Shown: positions 22,991 through 35,724 of the stretch, in pieces | How positions within the stretch are numbered: the stretch's first letter is position 1 | How the letters are laid out: every line of letters starts with the position of its first letter | NCBI GenBank assembly: GCA_034780895.1 | Contig: JAUZTB010000068.1 | Location: forward strand, 16,492,842-16,556,841 | Direction of reading: 5' to 3' | DNA: 64,000 nucleotides | Source: Rhynchobatus australiae | Taxonomy: Eukaryota | Made by a program: the position numbers and the translations under genes | The notes under the pieces: generated by a model | The model's input: the letters and a program-made list of their open reading frames with translations, nothing else | The model's database searches: none | Told to the model about the DNA's origin: nothing

Positions 22991-23588
22991 TTGAGATAAC
23001 AATTGGAAAGTAACAAGGCTGGAAATCTGGACTAATGACAACTTTTGGTTTCTGGTTTCGTGTTCCAAGGACTCCTGCTTGATATTGGAGGCACAAAAGA
23101 CAGCAGACACTGGAATGTGGAGCAAAAACCAAACTGCTGGATATTGTTACCCATTGGCAACAGGTGTAAAGTGTGGACTTTGAATGACAACTTGGTTCTG
23201 CCACTGGACTCCCATCCTCCATCTATCTATCTAACACAAACACACTTNNNNNNNNNNNNNNNNNNNNNNNNNNNNNNNNNNNNNNNNNNNNNNNNNNNNN
23301 NNNNNNNNNNNNNNNNNNNNNNNNNNNNNNNNNNNNNNNNNNNNNNNNNNNNNNNNNNNNNNNNNNNNNNNNNNNNNNNNNNNNNNNNNNNNNNNNNNNN
23401 NNNNNNNNNNNNNNAAGTCTGTGAACAGTGACATGGGTGCCTTATGATTAATTTTAATTTGAATGGCTTTATTCCATTCACCTATTTTATGATCAATGTG
23501 ATCTTCTTCCTCCAATACAGTAAATAAAAGAAAATAAGTTTGGAGTGCTACTTGTTGATGGCTTACAACTTTTCACTTATTCTTCCAG

Positions 23589-23615
23589 GATGCTGCAGCT
23601 GCCATTGATAATATG
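23589..23615 (+). CDS. PPIE: PPIE exon 4 (27-nt microexon), DAAAAIDNM
   Basis: ttccag acceptor, gtaagt donor, frame-consistent with neighbours. Confidence 0.95.
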
Positions 23616-23845
23616 GTAAGTGGCAAATGGTGTGGGAAAAATTGGCAAACTGACATCTTCAGATCCTTTTATTATTAAAAAGTGACATTTTTAAATGGTT
23701 AATAATGTAAAATGGTTGAGAACTGAAACTTGTTAAAGTACCAAATAACCAAGATTGAAGGATATGTCTTTGTTAAGTGAAGAATATCCAAATGCATCTT
23801 ACATAAAATTAGCCTAATTGTCTTTATTTTCATGACATTTATCAG

Positions 23846-23927
23846 AATGAGTCTGAACTTTTTGGAAGGACAATCCGAGTAAATCTGGCAAAACCCATGC
23901 GAATTAAGGAGGGATCCTCAAGAGCAG
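23846..23927 (+). CDS. PPIE: PPIE exon 5, [27 protein letters not shown](V)
   Basis: tatcag acceptor, gtgagg donor, 82 nt. Confidence 0.97.
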
Positions 23928-26409
23928 GTGAGGAATAAAAATGTATTTTTATATAGAACAAGGATTTTGCTCATTGACAGAACTTAAATAGGTACTACAG
24001 GATATATTTAAAAAGAAAACAACTATTTACAAGGGGATTTAGTTGGGACAGTGTATGATTTTCTTGTTTTGTTTTGTTTTGTTTTAACTTGTGTTAGTGC
24101 TGAGTAGTGATTTGTAAAACTTCTAGTCAGTAGGGGCAGAAATGTTGGAAACGTGAGATGTGTTGTTGAAAGTAACCATGGAAAGTATCAGATGTACATC
24201 TGCTGTATCTTGGAGCAAGTACACATTAATTGCAGGAATAAAATTTCTACATCATAAAGAAGAGAATGATATAATAATATAATTCATTCATCTGCCTACA
24301 ATTTCCAGGTTCTGTTCTTACAGCTTCCTAGATAGAATTTTTTTTCCTTTAAAAGTTGTATGAAATTGTAGAAATCTGAAATAAAAACACAAAATGCTGG
24401 AAATACACAGAAGGTCAGGCAACATTTGTAGAGAGAGAAATAAAGCTCAAGCTTCAGGCCAGTGACCTTTGAGGTTGATTGTTTTTCCCTTTAATTATAT
24501 TTTATGTCTTTACTCTGAAGCTCCTAGTGAGTGAATTGGCATTGTTGGAATTCTTATTGTTGCTGTCTGATTAAAATGGTTGCTGATAATAACAACCAAC
24601 ATTATCAATCTGAAGTGATTATTTTATGATAACTACTAAATATCCATGACATTGGGAATCAGAACCTTCTACAAGGTTCAGGTAAAGCAGGGATGATGTT
24701 AAACTGCTGAGCTGGTTGGACCAATGTGGTGGAAGGAAAAAGGGTGAAAAGGGCCATAACTTTAATGAGGGGAGGGAATGACAAGGCCCAAAGACATTTT
24801 GATGGGGAAGGGGCAACCTTTAAAGGCTGCATGCTTCGGCATGTGGGAGGGGGCACAAGGGGAATAACACAGTTATTTGTGGTTATTGCTGCTTGGTCCA
24901 TGACCTAATGTCACAGACAATTGATAACTGAGAGGGGAGACTGGATCCACAGCAGGTAATGGACTGTACCTGCTTACGGAGTATAGACCATGGCCCCAAG
25001 GTCTATGTATTTCAACGTCCTCGTTGAGCATTAATATTAATTGTGCAGAGGGGTTTTATTTTAGTTAGGAGGGTGTTGACAGCCTGAATATATGGATGCA
25101 ATAAAGACTTCATAAATTACATTTACAAAAAGGTTAAACGGTTACCTTTGACTGCATCATGCATTTCTAGAAAGCTGTCCAGTGGTTTCTGTGGCAAACT
25201 TCTTGAGGCCCACCGTACCAAAGGACTGGGAATTTATTTTCATGGCAGGTTAGCAACAATAACATGTATATAGCAGACTTAAATAGAAAACTATTCTAAA
25301 ACATTTCACAGAGGTGTAATTTTAAAAATTGGATGCCAAACCTAAAGCAGAAATTTGGGGGTATGGCCCAAAACCTTAGTTAGAGAAAGGATTTAAGGCA
25401 GTTCTTAAAGGAAGAGGGAGCTCTTGTGGAAGCAGTTAGGTTTGGAGAATTCCCGAGTCCAAAGCCTGATGGCTGAAGGCAAGTGTGCCATTGATGGTGT
25501 GAGGGAAGGAGAGAGTGCACAGGAATTGGAGAAACAAAGTCTGAGGGATTGTAGGGTTTGGTATTTAACAATGAGTCTGACAGTTTTAAACATGTTATTT
25601 GTGTAGTCAGCAGAGGAGTAATTGACATGGTTCAGTGCTGGGGAGGATACTGTCAACCAATTCTGAGATCATCTCAAAATGAGAGGCTGGAGTGGAAGGC
25701 CATGTTTAATAAAAACACAAGAGTAATTGACTTTAAAAATCAAGTATAAAAGATGGGACTACTGGTGGTAGATGGACTGAGTTAGGAGAAGTGTTATGGA
25801 GTACAAGTAGGCATTCCATATAAAGGCAAGAATATGGGTTTGGAAATATTAGTTTTGAAGTAGGATGTAGAGGTTGTGACCAATCAGGTTCAGCAGGAGT
25901 TGGTGACTGGAGAGGGAGTAGAGTTGATGCAATGGATAAAGGGTTTGTGCTGTGGCTGAAGATGTAAATCTCAGATTTTTTTTAAACTGGAGGTAATTAG
26001 CTTACATAAAGATGAAGATCAGACAAGCAGTCTGAAAACTAAGGCAGTCATTAGTGTATATGCAGAAGCTAACCGTGTGTGAGGAGAACAGTACTAGATG
26101 CCCTACTTGGAGTAGGATGAGAGTAAAATCTGGAGTGTGTGTTCAGGAAATAACAAGGAAAGCCATTGCATGAGAGGCCGACTGTGATCAGATAGGCAAG
26201 ACTGGAGCCAAGCAACCTTATTCCCACTGACAGAGTCAGTAATGTGCAGTTTATCCCAGTCACAGCATTGGTCATTCATGACCTTGATCAGGATCATTTT
26301 GATGTTAAGAACAGCCTGAAAAATAGATTGGAGAGATTCAAGCAGCAAATTGCAGGTTAGATGATGGTAGATTTGGCAGTAACTTTGGTAGAGCATATGA
26401 ATGATAAAT

Positions 26410-26965
26410 TAGCAGCTGAGGGAGGCCACTCAGCCCTTCGAGCATCTTCTGTTGTTCAGCAAGTTTGTGGCTGAATTGATTGTAACTTCAACTCTGCATC
26501 CAGACTGCCCGTGGTAACCTTTCCCCCCTTTGCCCCCAAGAATCCAGCCACCTCTGCCTTTAAAATCTGCAAAGACTCTGCTTCCACAACCCTTTGAGTC
26601 TTTGATTTCTACCTGAGAGAGGAAAAATTGCTTCATTTTCANNNNNNNNNNNNNNNNNNNNNNNNNNNNNNNNNNNNNNNNNNNNNNNNNNNNNNNNNNN
26701 NNNNNNNNNNNNNNNNNNNNNNNNNNNNNNNNNNNNNNNNNGAGGACAAATTGCTTCATTTTCATCTTAAATGGAAAGACCATTAGTTTTAAACAGTGGC
26801 CCCTAGTTCTCGGTTCTTTCACAAGAGGAAAATGTCTCTCCACATCTACCCTGTAAGGACCCCTGCAGGATCTTGAATGTTTCACTCCTATCTACTCTAA
26901 TTCTTCTGAACTCTGGTAGATACAAGCCTAATTTGTCCAACCCTTCCTTGTAAGACAACCTGTTC
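26410..26965 (-). mobile_element. CR1-type LINE 3' end spanning a gap
   Basis: Minus ORF fragment VDVERHFPLVKEPRTRGHCLKL is the typical CR1 ORF2 C-terminus. Confidence 0.75.
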
Positions 26966-27186
26966 ATGCATTTTGAGGAATGGAGTGATATTGAAACAGA
27001 TTATCTCACACTGATGTGCACCCTCAGTACCAGTTATTCCTCTGGGCACTGACATTTTAAGTTCCTACTAATAGTCCTTGACAGAGGAATTATAAATGCA
27101 TTTGACTGTCCTAGTGGTTTTAATATAATTGTTGTACTTTGCTGCCATTTGTGAGTGAAATGTAAGTGGTATTTCCTTCAATCCAG

Positions 27187-27290
27187 TGTGGTCCGATGAT
27201 GACTGGTTAAAGAAATTTGCTGGAAAGACCTTGGAGGAAAATGAAAACAATGAGGGTGGAGGAGACAGTGGAGAAACACAAACACAGGAG
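27187..27290 (+). CDS. PPIE: PPIE exon 6, (V)[34 protein letters not shown]
   Basis: atccag acceptor, gtgagg donor, 104 nt. [10 protein letters not shown] motif. Confidence 0.96.
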
Positions 27291-27530
27291 GTGAGGTTTT
27301 GTGTCTTGTAGTACTGTGAAATGCTTTGGGATATTTCCACACAAAGCCAGCACTGAGGCTGGATGGGCACCATTTTACAGGTTATTTTAATTCCTGAATG
27401 CCCAGTTATGAAATTTGGCAAAAGCCAAAGTGACAGCTGGAGAATGAGCAGGATGTGAGCCTGTTCTAGATCAATGACAGTGAAGTCTATTTTATTGCAA
27501 TATAGAACCACTTTGTTTAACCAGCTGTGT

Positions 27531-27742
27531 AACTCTCAAACATTTGTGTTAATTGCTAAGTTATGAAATCTATGCAAAAATATTGATATTATCTACATAT
27601 TTCTTAAATATCATAAAATTCTGCTGAGACACGAGAAAGCAGAAATCCATGATTTCTTAATGGAAATATGTAGATAACATCAATATTTTTGCTTGGATTT
27701 CATTACTTACCTGATGTAAATTAACACAAATGTTTATGAGTT
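27531..27742. repeat. Long imperfect palindrome (~100-bp arms, 12-nt spacer), MITE-like, in PPIE intron 6
   Basis: aaacatttgtgttaatt pairs with aattaacacaaatgttt. gcaaaaatattgatattatctacatatttc pairs with gaaatatgtagataacatcaatatttttgc. Inner ttctgct pairs with agcagaa. Confidence 0.9.
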
Positions 27743-27884
27743 CAATTATGCATATGACTTTTGTAAGATCAGGTAAAAATCTTTGATTTAATTTTTAAAA
27801 AATCTAAATGTATGTGAACACGAGTATTTAAAAGTTCCTTTTTATTCATAATTATTTAATCATTAAAAACAATTCTTTCTTAAG

Positions 27885-28008
27885 GGTGAGCCACCAGCCA
27901 AAAAATCAAGAGCCAATCCTCAAGTCTACATGGACATCAAAATTGGCAATAAGCCTGTTGGTAGAATACGCTTTTTATTACGAGCTGACATTGTTCCAAT
28001 GACTGCAG
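27885..28008 (+). CDS. PPIE: PPIE exon 7, [41 protein letters not shown](E)
   Basis: cttaag acceptor, gtaaac donor, 124 nt. Start of the cyclophilin domain. Confidence 0.97.
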
Positions 28009-31000
28009 GTAAACAGTAATATAACACACACAGATGTATCATTATTTGTGAGCAAAGATCAGATCAATCTTATTAATGACTACCTGCCTCATTAGCTACA
28101 CTTATTTCCTTTAATCCACCTTGTCTCTGTGTCTTGAAACTGAGCTTCCTAAACCTGCCTGTCTGTTCTATAGATTATGGGTGATTGCTGTTAATGTTAT
28201 ATACAGTATGTGCCTGTAGTTGCTGCTTTCTGGATCATCCCCTTTTGAATTGTTATGGCTCTGGAGATTTGCTTTCTATTGTAGAAAAATCCTAAATTAA
28301 ATCGCCAAGATCTGTTAATGTGCACAGCTTGAGGTAAAGCAAGCCTACTGTATATGCATTTTGTAAATATGTGTCACCCTGATTTCTGCTAAACTAGCCT
28401 ACAAAGACAAAAGGCTTGGGCAGTCCTGCTGTAGGGCTTTTTTCCTGTTTAAAAAAAAGTGAATTGATCAAAAAGTCCCTGGTACAAATTAGGATGTGTA
28501 TATAAAGAAACTTGCAAAAGAAAAACAAAAAAAAAATTTTAGTAGTCTAAGTCACTGCATTGTGTCTGGGCTCTGATATTTGGGTATGTAATAGATGTCT
28601 CCACTTTGAATCTAGTTAGAGAAATTCTGACACATATGGGAGGGGCAAGCAGTTTCTCAATGGGATTTTTCAGATCTTGCTCACAACTCATTAAGAGGCC
28701 TGGAATCAAAGGGGGTCTAGTAGAATCCTCAGAAAATGATCCTATCCCAATATACATGTGCTTCTTGTAGAGATAAGAATAAAGACCTCTTCAAAAGAAT
28801 AGCCAGAATGCCAACCATGGCACCTTGTAGTTAGAGATGGAGGCTGGAGGAGTAGTCCGGAGGAGATGGAGAATCGGAATGAGGGAGATGATTTTGTAAA
28901 CAGGGTTTATACAGATGTACGCTCAGACCCCTCTATTCCTGCACATCCTTTGGGATTGTGATCCTTATGTTACGTTGTCTCCCATTCTCTTTGCTGAAGT
29001 GAACACTCGTATTTCTCTCAACTAAATTCCATCTGCCACATATCTGTAGATTTAGCCAGGCTGTCCATGTCTTCTTGCAATTGCTTACTATCTTTCTCAC
29101 CATTTATAACACTTTTACACTTCATGTCATCCATAAATTCAGAAATTTTACCTTTCATGTTCATTTGCAAGTAATCAATATGAATCAAAGGAAGCAGTCC
29201 TGATCACTAGGGAGCTTAATTCTCCATCCTCCAATCTGCCTCAACCATTTACCACAAAGCCCCTCTTTCCAATTCCTGCCTTGTAAATCTTAAATTCCAT
29301 AAGCCTCAATTTTATTAAGCAGCCTTCTGTTTAAATTTTCATCAAATGTGTTCTGAAAATCCAGGTAGAAGACCTCTACTGAGTTCCCTTCATTAACCTC
29401 TTTGGCCTCATCTAAAAAACTCCATTGTCTTAGTCAAACATAATTTGCCTTTCACAAATATTTATCAATTCTGATTTTTCCAAGTGCGTACAATTATTGT
29501 TTCTAAAAGCTTCCCCACAGCAGAGGTTAAAAGGACTGTCAAGCATTTCCAGGCAAGTCATTAGAGACTTTATTTGAACAAGGTTGCTGTGTTTGCCATT
29601 TTCCTGGCACTTCTTGTTGTTCTTTTGGAAGCTTACAAGATTCTGTAGGCTTATTTGCCTTCCCAGGTGTTCTATCATGGATTAAATCCTATTTGCCATC
29701 TTTAGCTGACCCAGCTAATTCATTGATATGGTTAGATAGGCACGAAAGTGACAAATGGAGCTTTCTTCCTAAATATCATCTACTCTGTCATCAGCAAATG
29801 TCTTAATTGTGGCCGCTACATTTCAGTCTCCTGAGCTGTATGGGGATAACAGATTAGGGAAGTGAACCTGTGCCTGAGGGACTCTATTTCATGGGAAACT
29901 GGCTCCACAGGATGCAAAGGAATTGGAACACTTGGTGGGGGGAGCGGGAGGAGACTCACTCCTGGCTACTTTTAGGAAAAGTATTTTAGGATATTTAGGA
30001 AAGATGGGGTGATGAATAAGGTGGCTCTGAGGATTTCAAATGATCAACTGGTGAGGCAGGGAAGGAGCCCCTCGGGTAAAATAAAATATTATAAATGTCA
30101 GCTGTAAAACAAATGAAAGGTAAAAGAGCAAACTGGTAGTTATAAACTGCCATGGTCATTCCAGGTAATGGGAAAACTAAAATATAGGAACTAATTAAAC
30201 CAGGAGAGAGAAATTAAATGTATATGTGAAGCATTAGAGAAGGACAGATTAGGGCTAGTTGTTCAAAAAGCATGGAGGTTAAGGAATTTACAGGTGTAAT
30301 TTGAAGTTGGAGCTTAGGGTTAGGGTTCGCTGAAACATTATTGCAAGATGGTCAGGATAGGGACTAAATATGTTGTTATCTGATATTTAGGAAAGATGGG
30401 GTGGAGGGGGGGCAGGGATGAGGCATTTCAACAGTGAGAGAAGCAAGACAGTGGAGAACATGGCAGACAGAAGAAGTGGAAGAGGATTANNNNNNNACCT
30501 CAGAGGAATAAATACCAAAACTGGAGAAGTAGATGCAAGGGCTCTGTGATATTATTCAGGGATTTTAATGGTATAATGAGCAGACTAGTTCATGTTAGAG
30601 AGTGGGTTTCTTAAGAGTCTATAGGACAAATTTCTGCAAAAGAATTTTGTGGGACCCCTGAGTCACCAGGTCAGCACCTATATGGAGCAATAGTTCCAGC
30701 AACAACATGGTCTTTGCAATGTCTCTGACTGATTGGTGACGCTCCATATTTGAAGACCCTTAGCTTTGGCAGTAGTTAAGCCATGGACCAGGTTAAGCCA
30801 GCTACCAAAGAGTTTAAGTGTTTGTAATTGTTAAAGATCAATGAATTTAAAACAAGTGAAACAATTAAAACACTTAATATACTAGAAAACACAAAAACAA
30901 ATAATGAAGTTAATTAATTCAAGAAGATTTATATTACCTGACACTCATTGGTCTCCCTCGCAGCCATTCTCATCCATATGAATGACTGCAGCTATTGAGC

Positions 31001-31734
31001 CTGCAAGTATCTTGGACCTGTTAGATAAGGTTATAGGCTGAGGCTCCTGCATCCTGGGTCCCTCTCTGTTTAACTGGTCAGTCTGATATTGCAGTCCACA
31101 TCCAGGCTACTATCTAACCTGTCTCCTGGATCAAACTAACCATATCTCCCCTTCCCTGATGTAGTATAATGTCTGCAACATAGATGCCCACTCAGCAGCT
31201 CTTGAGTTGAAGTTCTTCAAGCTGCAGAAACGTTTGCTGGGTATCTGATCTCCAGCAACACCCAGTTGTTGCAGTTACAACGCATCACCTGTCCTGCTAT
31301 CCCTTTCAAGTGTTGTTTATATATAAAATTAGTTCAGATTTCTATTTATTTGATCTAGATTATTTAACCAGTTTATCAGGTTAATATTAAATGCTCTAAT
31401 TAACTTTTATCTACTCAAGTCTTTGATAAGCCAAGTAAAACAGCCTAGTTTACATTAAGCATCAGACAGAATTATATACTTACTGCCTGAAGCATGTATA
31501 AATCTCATGGAGGCAGAAAATAGTATTTCCTCCTGCGTTTTTGCTGTTATTTTTGCTAATTATGGTCATTCCATGTCCCTTGGTTCTTGACCACACCGTC
31601 AGTGGGAACAGTTTTTCTCTCTCTAGTCTGTCTGTAACCTTGACAATTTAAACTAATATATCAGGCCAGCTTGCAACCTCCCTCTTTCACAGAGGACAGT
31701 CTCAGTTTCTCCACATAACTAAAGGTCCTTACTC

Positions 31735-31950
31735 ATAGAATAAGGCCCAACTTGTCCATGCCAGTCAACGTGCTCATCTAAGCTAGCCCCATTTGCCCAC
31801 CTTTGGCCCATATCCTTTCCGATCCATGTACCTGTCCAAGTACCTTTTAGATACCTTTTATTGTACCTGCCCAACCCACTTCCTCTGGCAGCTCATTCCA
31901 TATATGTACCATCCTCTGCATGAAGAAATTGCCCCCATCAGGTACCTTTT
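31735..31950 (-). mobile_element. CR1-type LINE/SINE 3' tail
   Basis: Reverse-complement homolog of 43600-43800 (cctctggcagctcattccatata...). Confidence 0.7.
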
Positions 31951-32374
31951 AAATCAGCTAGATTCAGACTTGTCACCCGACTGGTATCAGTCATATGCTC
32001 TTTCTTGCTGCTCTATACTTTGCTCCTTTTTTGATCATCCAGAGAGGTCTGGATTAATTTCGCTACCCTTCTCCTTGCGGAGAGTATACGTAGATTGTAG
32101 CTGAGACATCTCTAACTTAAAGGTCTCCAATTGTTCAATTACAGCTTTGCATGCAAAGTTTTGTCCCAATGTTCCTGGGCTAATTCTCTTCTCATCCCAT
32201 TGGAACTGGCCTTTCTCTGATTGACTGATTTTTTTAATCTTTTGCAGTTATCCTAAACCTTACACAATGCAATGCTTGGGAATCTGTGATTGTCTTAATG
32301 ACTAGCATAATTAATATAGTAAGATTCCACAGATTGTTCTTGTGTAGATATTTAAACAAAAACATTTCTTCCAG

Positions 32375-32560
32375 AGAACTTCCGTTGCCTCTGTACACAC
32401 GAAAAAGGATTTGGATTCAAGGGCAGCAGTTTCCATCGTATTATACCCCAGTTCATGTGTCAGGGTGGTGACTTCACCAATCACAATGGCACGGGAGGGA
32501 AAGCCATTTACGGCAGGAAGTTTGATGATGAAAACTTTATTCTGAAACACTCAGCGGCAG
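32375..32560 (+). CDS. PPIE: PPIE exon 8, (E)[61 protein letters not shown](G)
   Basis: ttccag acceptor, gtattg donor, 186 nt. Cyclophilin catalytic signature [14 protein letters not shown]. Confidence 0.97.
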
Positions 32561-33507
32561 GTATTGTGATTTCTACTTTTTTTTGTTGAAAAAACATAGG
32601 CAAGTCTAATTCTGGTGGCTTTCCATCTTTATCAAAGTGGTCAACGTAATTACTGAAACTTTAATATTCTCTGTAGTTCTGTCTATTGTCAATGTCTTGG
32701 TCTTTTACTGGCAAACTACAAGTAGGTGGCTTGTCTTTTTGCTGTTGAACAGTAAAGGTAATAAAAAAATTATATTCAGCTCATTTACATAGAAGTTGGT
32801 TCTGGTTACATGTCAATTTATTTTTACTATGTTATGAAACTAAATCCTAACATGTTTAAGCTGCCTTGTTGAGTTGATAAGAACTTACTGAGAATTTTAT
32901 TGCAGAAGTTCCTCATTTTGTCCAAACTGCAGAGGATTCCTTCAATGCCTTTAATCCTTTGCTGTGCCTGTTTTGGACAAAACTTGCAGTAATTTTAGGT
33001 GGGGGGCTTTAGCAGGCTGATGTGGGGACATTGAAGCTGAAGCTGATTCTTCCAGTACCAAGCAGAATTCTCTTTTTCTTCCTTTCTTGATTTCAGAGAA
33101 TACTGCAGTCACTTGTAGCTTCCACCTTTATCCCCCATTGAGCAGCTTAGTCAAGAATCCAAGGATTTAATTGGTAAACTCTGTGTGATGTAATAGCCCA
33201 CACTGTGGTCCATTCGTCATCTGGAATTTTTGAAGAAGCCCAAGACTTTGTTTTGAATAGTAGTTTTTTTTCTGTGGCATATTTAATTTAATGCCTTGTG
33301 TGATAGCATAATTCCTTATAGGATATTGTCTTGGCATTTAAAATATAATTATTCTAGTTGCAAATATCCAATAACTATAATATCTTATAACATTACTAAG
33401 GAAAGGCAAAAAAGATCCTCTCTTACTGGGTGGGGAAGCCACATTAAGTCAAAAGCACTAAATTTCTTGGTCCCTAGTTGAGGTCATGATCTCTGCATTT
33501 TGTTTAG

Positions 33508-33650
33508 GTTTGCTGTCAATGGCAAACTCCGGAATAAACACAAATGGATCTCAGTTTTTCATTACCCTTGACAAGACAGACTGGCTGGATGGAAAGCATG
33601 TAGTATTTGGTGAAGTACTAGAAGGAATTGATGTTGTCAAACAGATGGAA
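33508..33650 (+). CDS. PPIE: PPIE exon 9, (G)[47 protein letters not shown]
   Basis: gtttag acceptor, gtaagt donor, 143 nt. [10 protein letters not shown] motif. Confidence 0.97.
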
Positions 33651-35547
33651 GTAAGTATTAAACCCCAACTTATTTCTACTTTTTTGTTTCTTTTCCCCAT
33701 CCCATAATTGATTGCCTTTCTTATCTCATTCTAAAGCCTATTGGCTGTGGTTTTCTTCCAATACAAAGTCACTTGTGCTTTGAATAGCATATCTAGATGG
33801 ACAGTGTTGATACTCCCTGCAACTTCTATTGCTGGAATTGTGACCGACATCTCTGGGGATTGCCATAATGTGTACATTGGCACCAAATAAGTGAGAAACA
33901 TGGGCATTGCATGTGGAAAGGAAATCCTAAAGCTTAATTATTTTTAAATGCAGTTTTTAAGGTATTCCATCATTAATTGCATTCCTTCTCAGTGGAAATT
34001 GGGTGTGTTATAACAATGAGTACATTATACTATACAAGATGCATAAAATAGTTGATTTCCTGCAAGTTACAAAGATAGTGTATTTATAAAAATATAACAG
34101 ATTCTGAAGTTTCTTTGATTTTGAACTATTTTAAGGAAATCTAATTATTCAATAGTTTCAATGCCAAATGAATTATCTCAAATGTTTCCTCAAATAATTA
34201 AATGACACAATAAAAAGGACAGGGGGTATTAATTGATGGTGGTGAATTTAAGGTGGAAAATGCTACCACTTAGAAGAGTCAGTGGGATACCAAGGTACTG
34301 TACAGTAGTGATGCGGAACTCAGAAGTATTGGAAATAGAGCCATGCATCATAGAGGGTTGGGGAGGGAGGGAAGGAAGGGAAGGAAGGATGCATGAGCTA
34401 CATTGGATTGTACTTTAGCAAAGACAGAATGGAGAGAATGTGAACCAGAATCCAGGTTTGGGAAACAGCTCAAATGAAACCAAAAGCTCCTAAAAGTGAA
34501 ATCTGGAAGAATGGGGTGTGTAAGGTTATGGGTTAACTGTATGTGGAATTAATTTAATTTTTACTGTTTTTTAGGTGGTGGGTGGGAAAACCAAGTGGCC
34601 TTATTTTCAAAAGGTCGATTATTTTTANNNNNNNNNNNNNNNNNNNNNNNNNNNNNNNNNNNNNNNNNNNNNNNNNNNNNNNNNNNNNNNNNNNNNNNNN
34701 NNNNNNNNNNNNNNNNNNNNNNNNNNNGCCTTGCCTGTCTTGTGTCAACTTGGTAAAATTTAAATAGATCACAGACTTACAATAAGTTATGCCTCACATT
34801 ATAAAATATGTTGGATAACTTTCTGCTAGCAACTATTTTCTACTCCCCACTCTCATTTAATTGGACCATTTTTATCCTGTTAGTTTGTCCTAAGTTAATG
34901 AGCTACTGTTAATACCGTGAATAAGTTAATTCAGAAATTAACATTTCTGAAGACTTTTGGGAATGAATCCAGACTTTGGAGCCAAGAATGCTACTTTTCT
35001 GTGAATTAGTAAATCTTGCAGTCGACTGGACCACAGGGGTTCAGATAAAGAAACAGAAAGCTAAACTTCAACAAGTACATGTTGGTTCTTTCAGCGCTTC
35101 CTTCAGCTCACAGCCTTTCTTTTAAAAAGTACATTATAACCCCTGCCCCAGTTCCAGATGACATGTTGGGAATTAAGAGAACTGAATTTTTAATTTATTG
35201 CAGATTTAATGTTCACTGTAAGGTGGTAGTTAGCAATTTTTGTTTTGTTTCCATTATAATTCACCAGAGGTAAAACACTTTGGAGTAATTGAGATTTATG
35301 TATGTGCATGGGAAAAAATAAATATATTTTCAAGCATTCCATCTAATACATTGTCTCAGTCATCAGTCTGGCTACAGCAAATTTTACTACTCCTTAGGTC
35401 TCCACTTTAAAAAATCAAAATGCATTAATTTTGATCCTTTTTAAGTGAAATAAAACTACTTGAATGGACAATTTAGTTTGCTGATAATGATGAGTTCAGG
35501 ATTGTTTTCCCTTGAAACATTTATAACTAATGTGTTATTATTCCCAG

Positions 35548-35616
35548 GCTCAAGGTTCTAAAGATGGAAAACCTAAGCAGAAAGTGATAATCTCAGACTG
35601 CGGAGAATATGTGTGA
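35548..35616 (+). CDS. PPIE: PPIE exon 10, AQGSKDGKPKQKVIISDCGEYV*
   Basis: tcccag acceptor, TGA at 35614-35616. The ten exons sum to 909 nt, giving 302 aa plus stop. Confidence 0.97.
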   Translation, partial: AQGSKDGKPKQKVIISDCGEYV

Positions 35617-35718
35617 TGCCAGTGGCTGTTAGACATTACTTCTGTAGATCTCAATTTTTTTCCCCCTATTTTCACTGTTATCTGTAAAGATTTATTGTAA
35701 ATACATTTCAACATTCAA

Positions 35719-35724
35719 AATAAA
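35719..35724 (+). terminator. PPIE: Likely PPIE polyadenylation signal (AATAAA)
   Basis: AATAAA about 100 nt after the stop, with T-rich downstream sequence. Confidence 0.6.
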
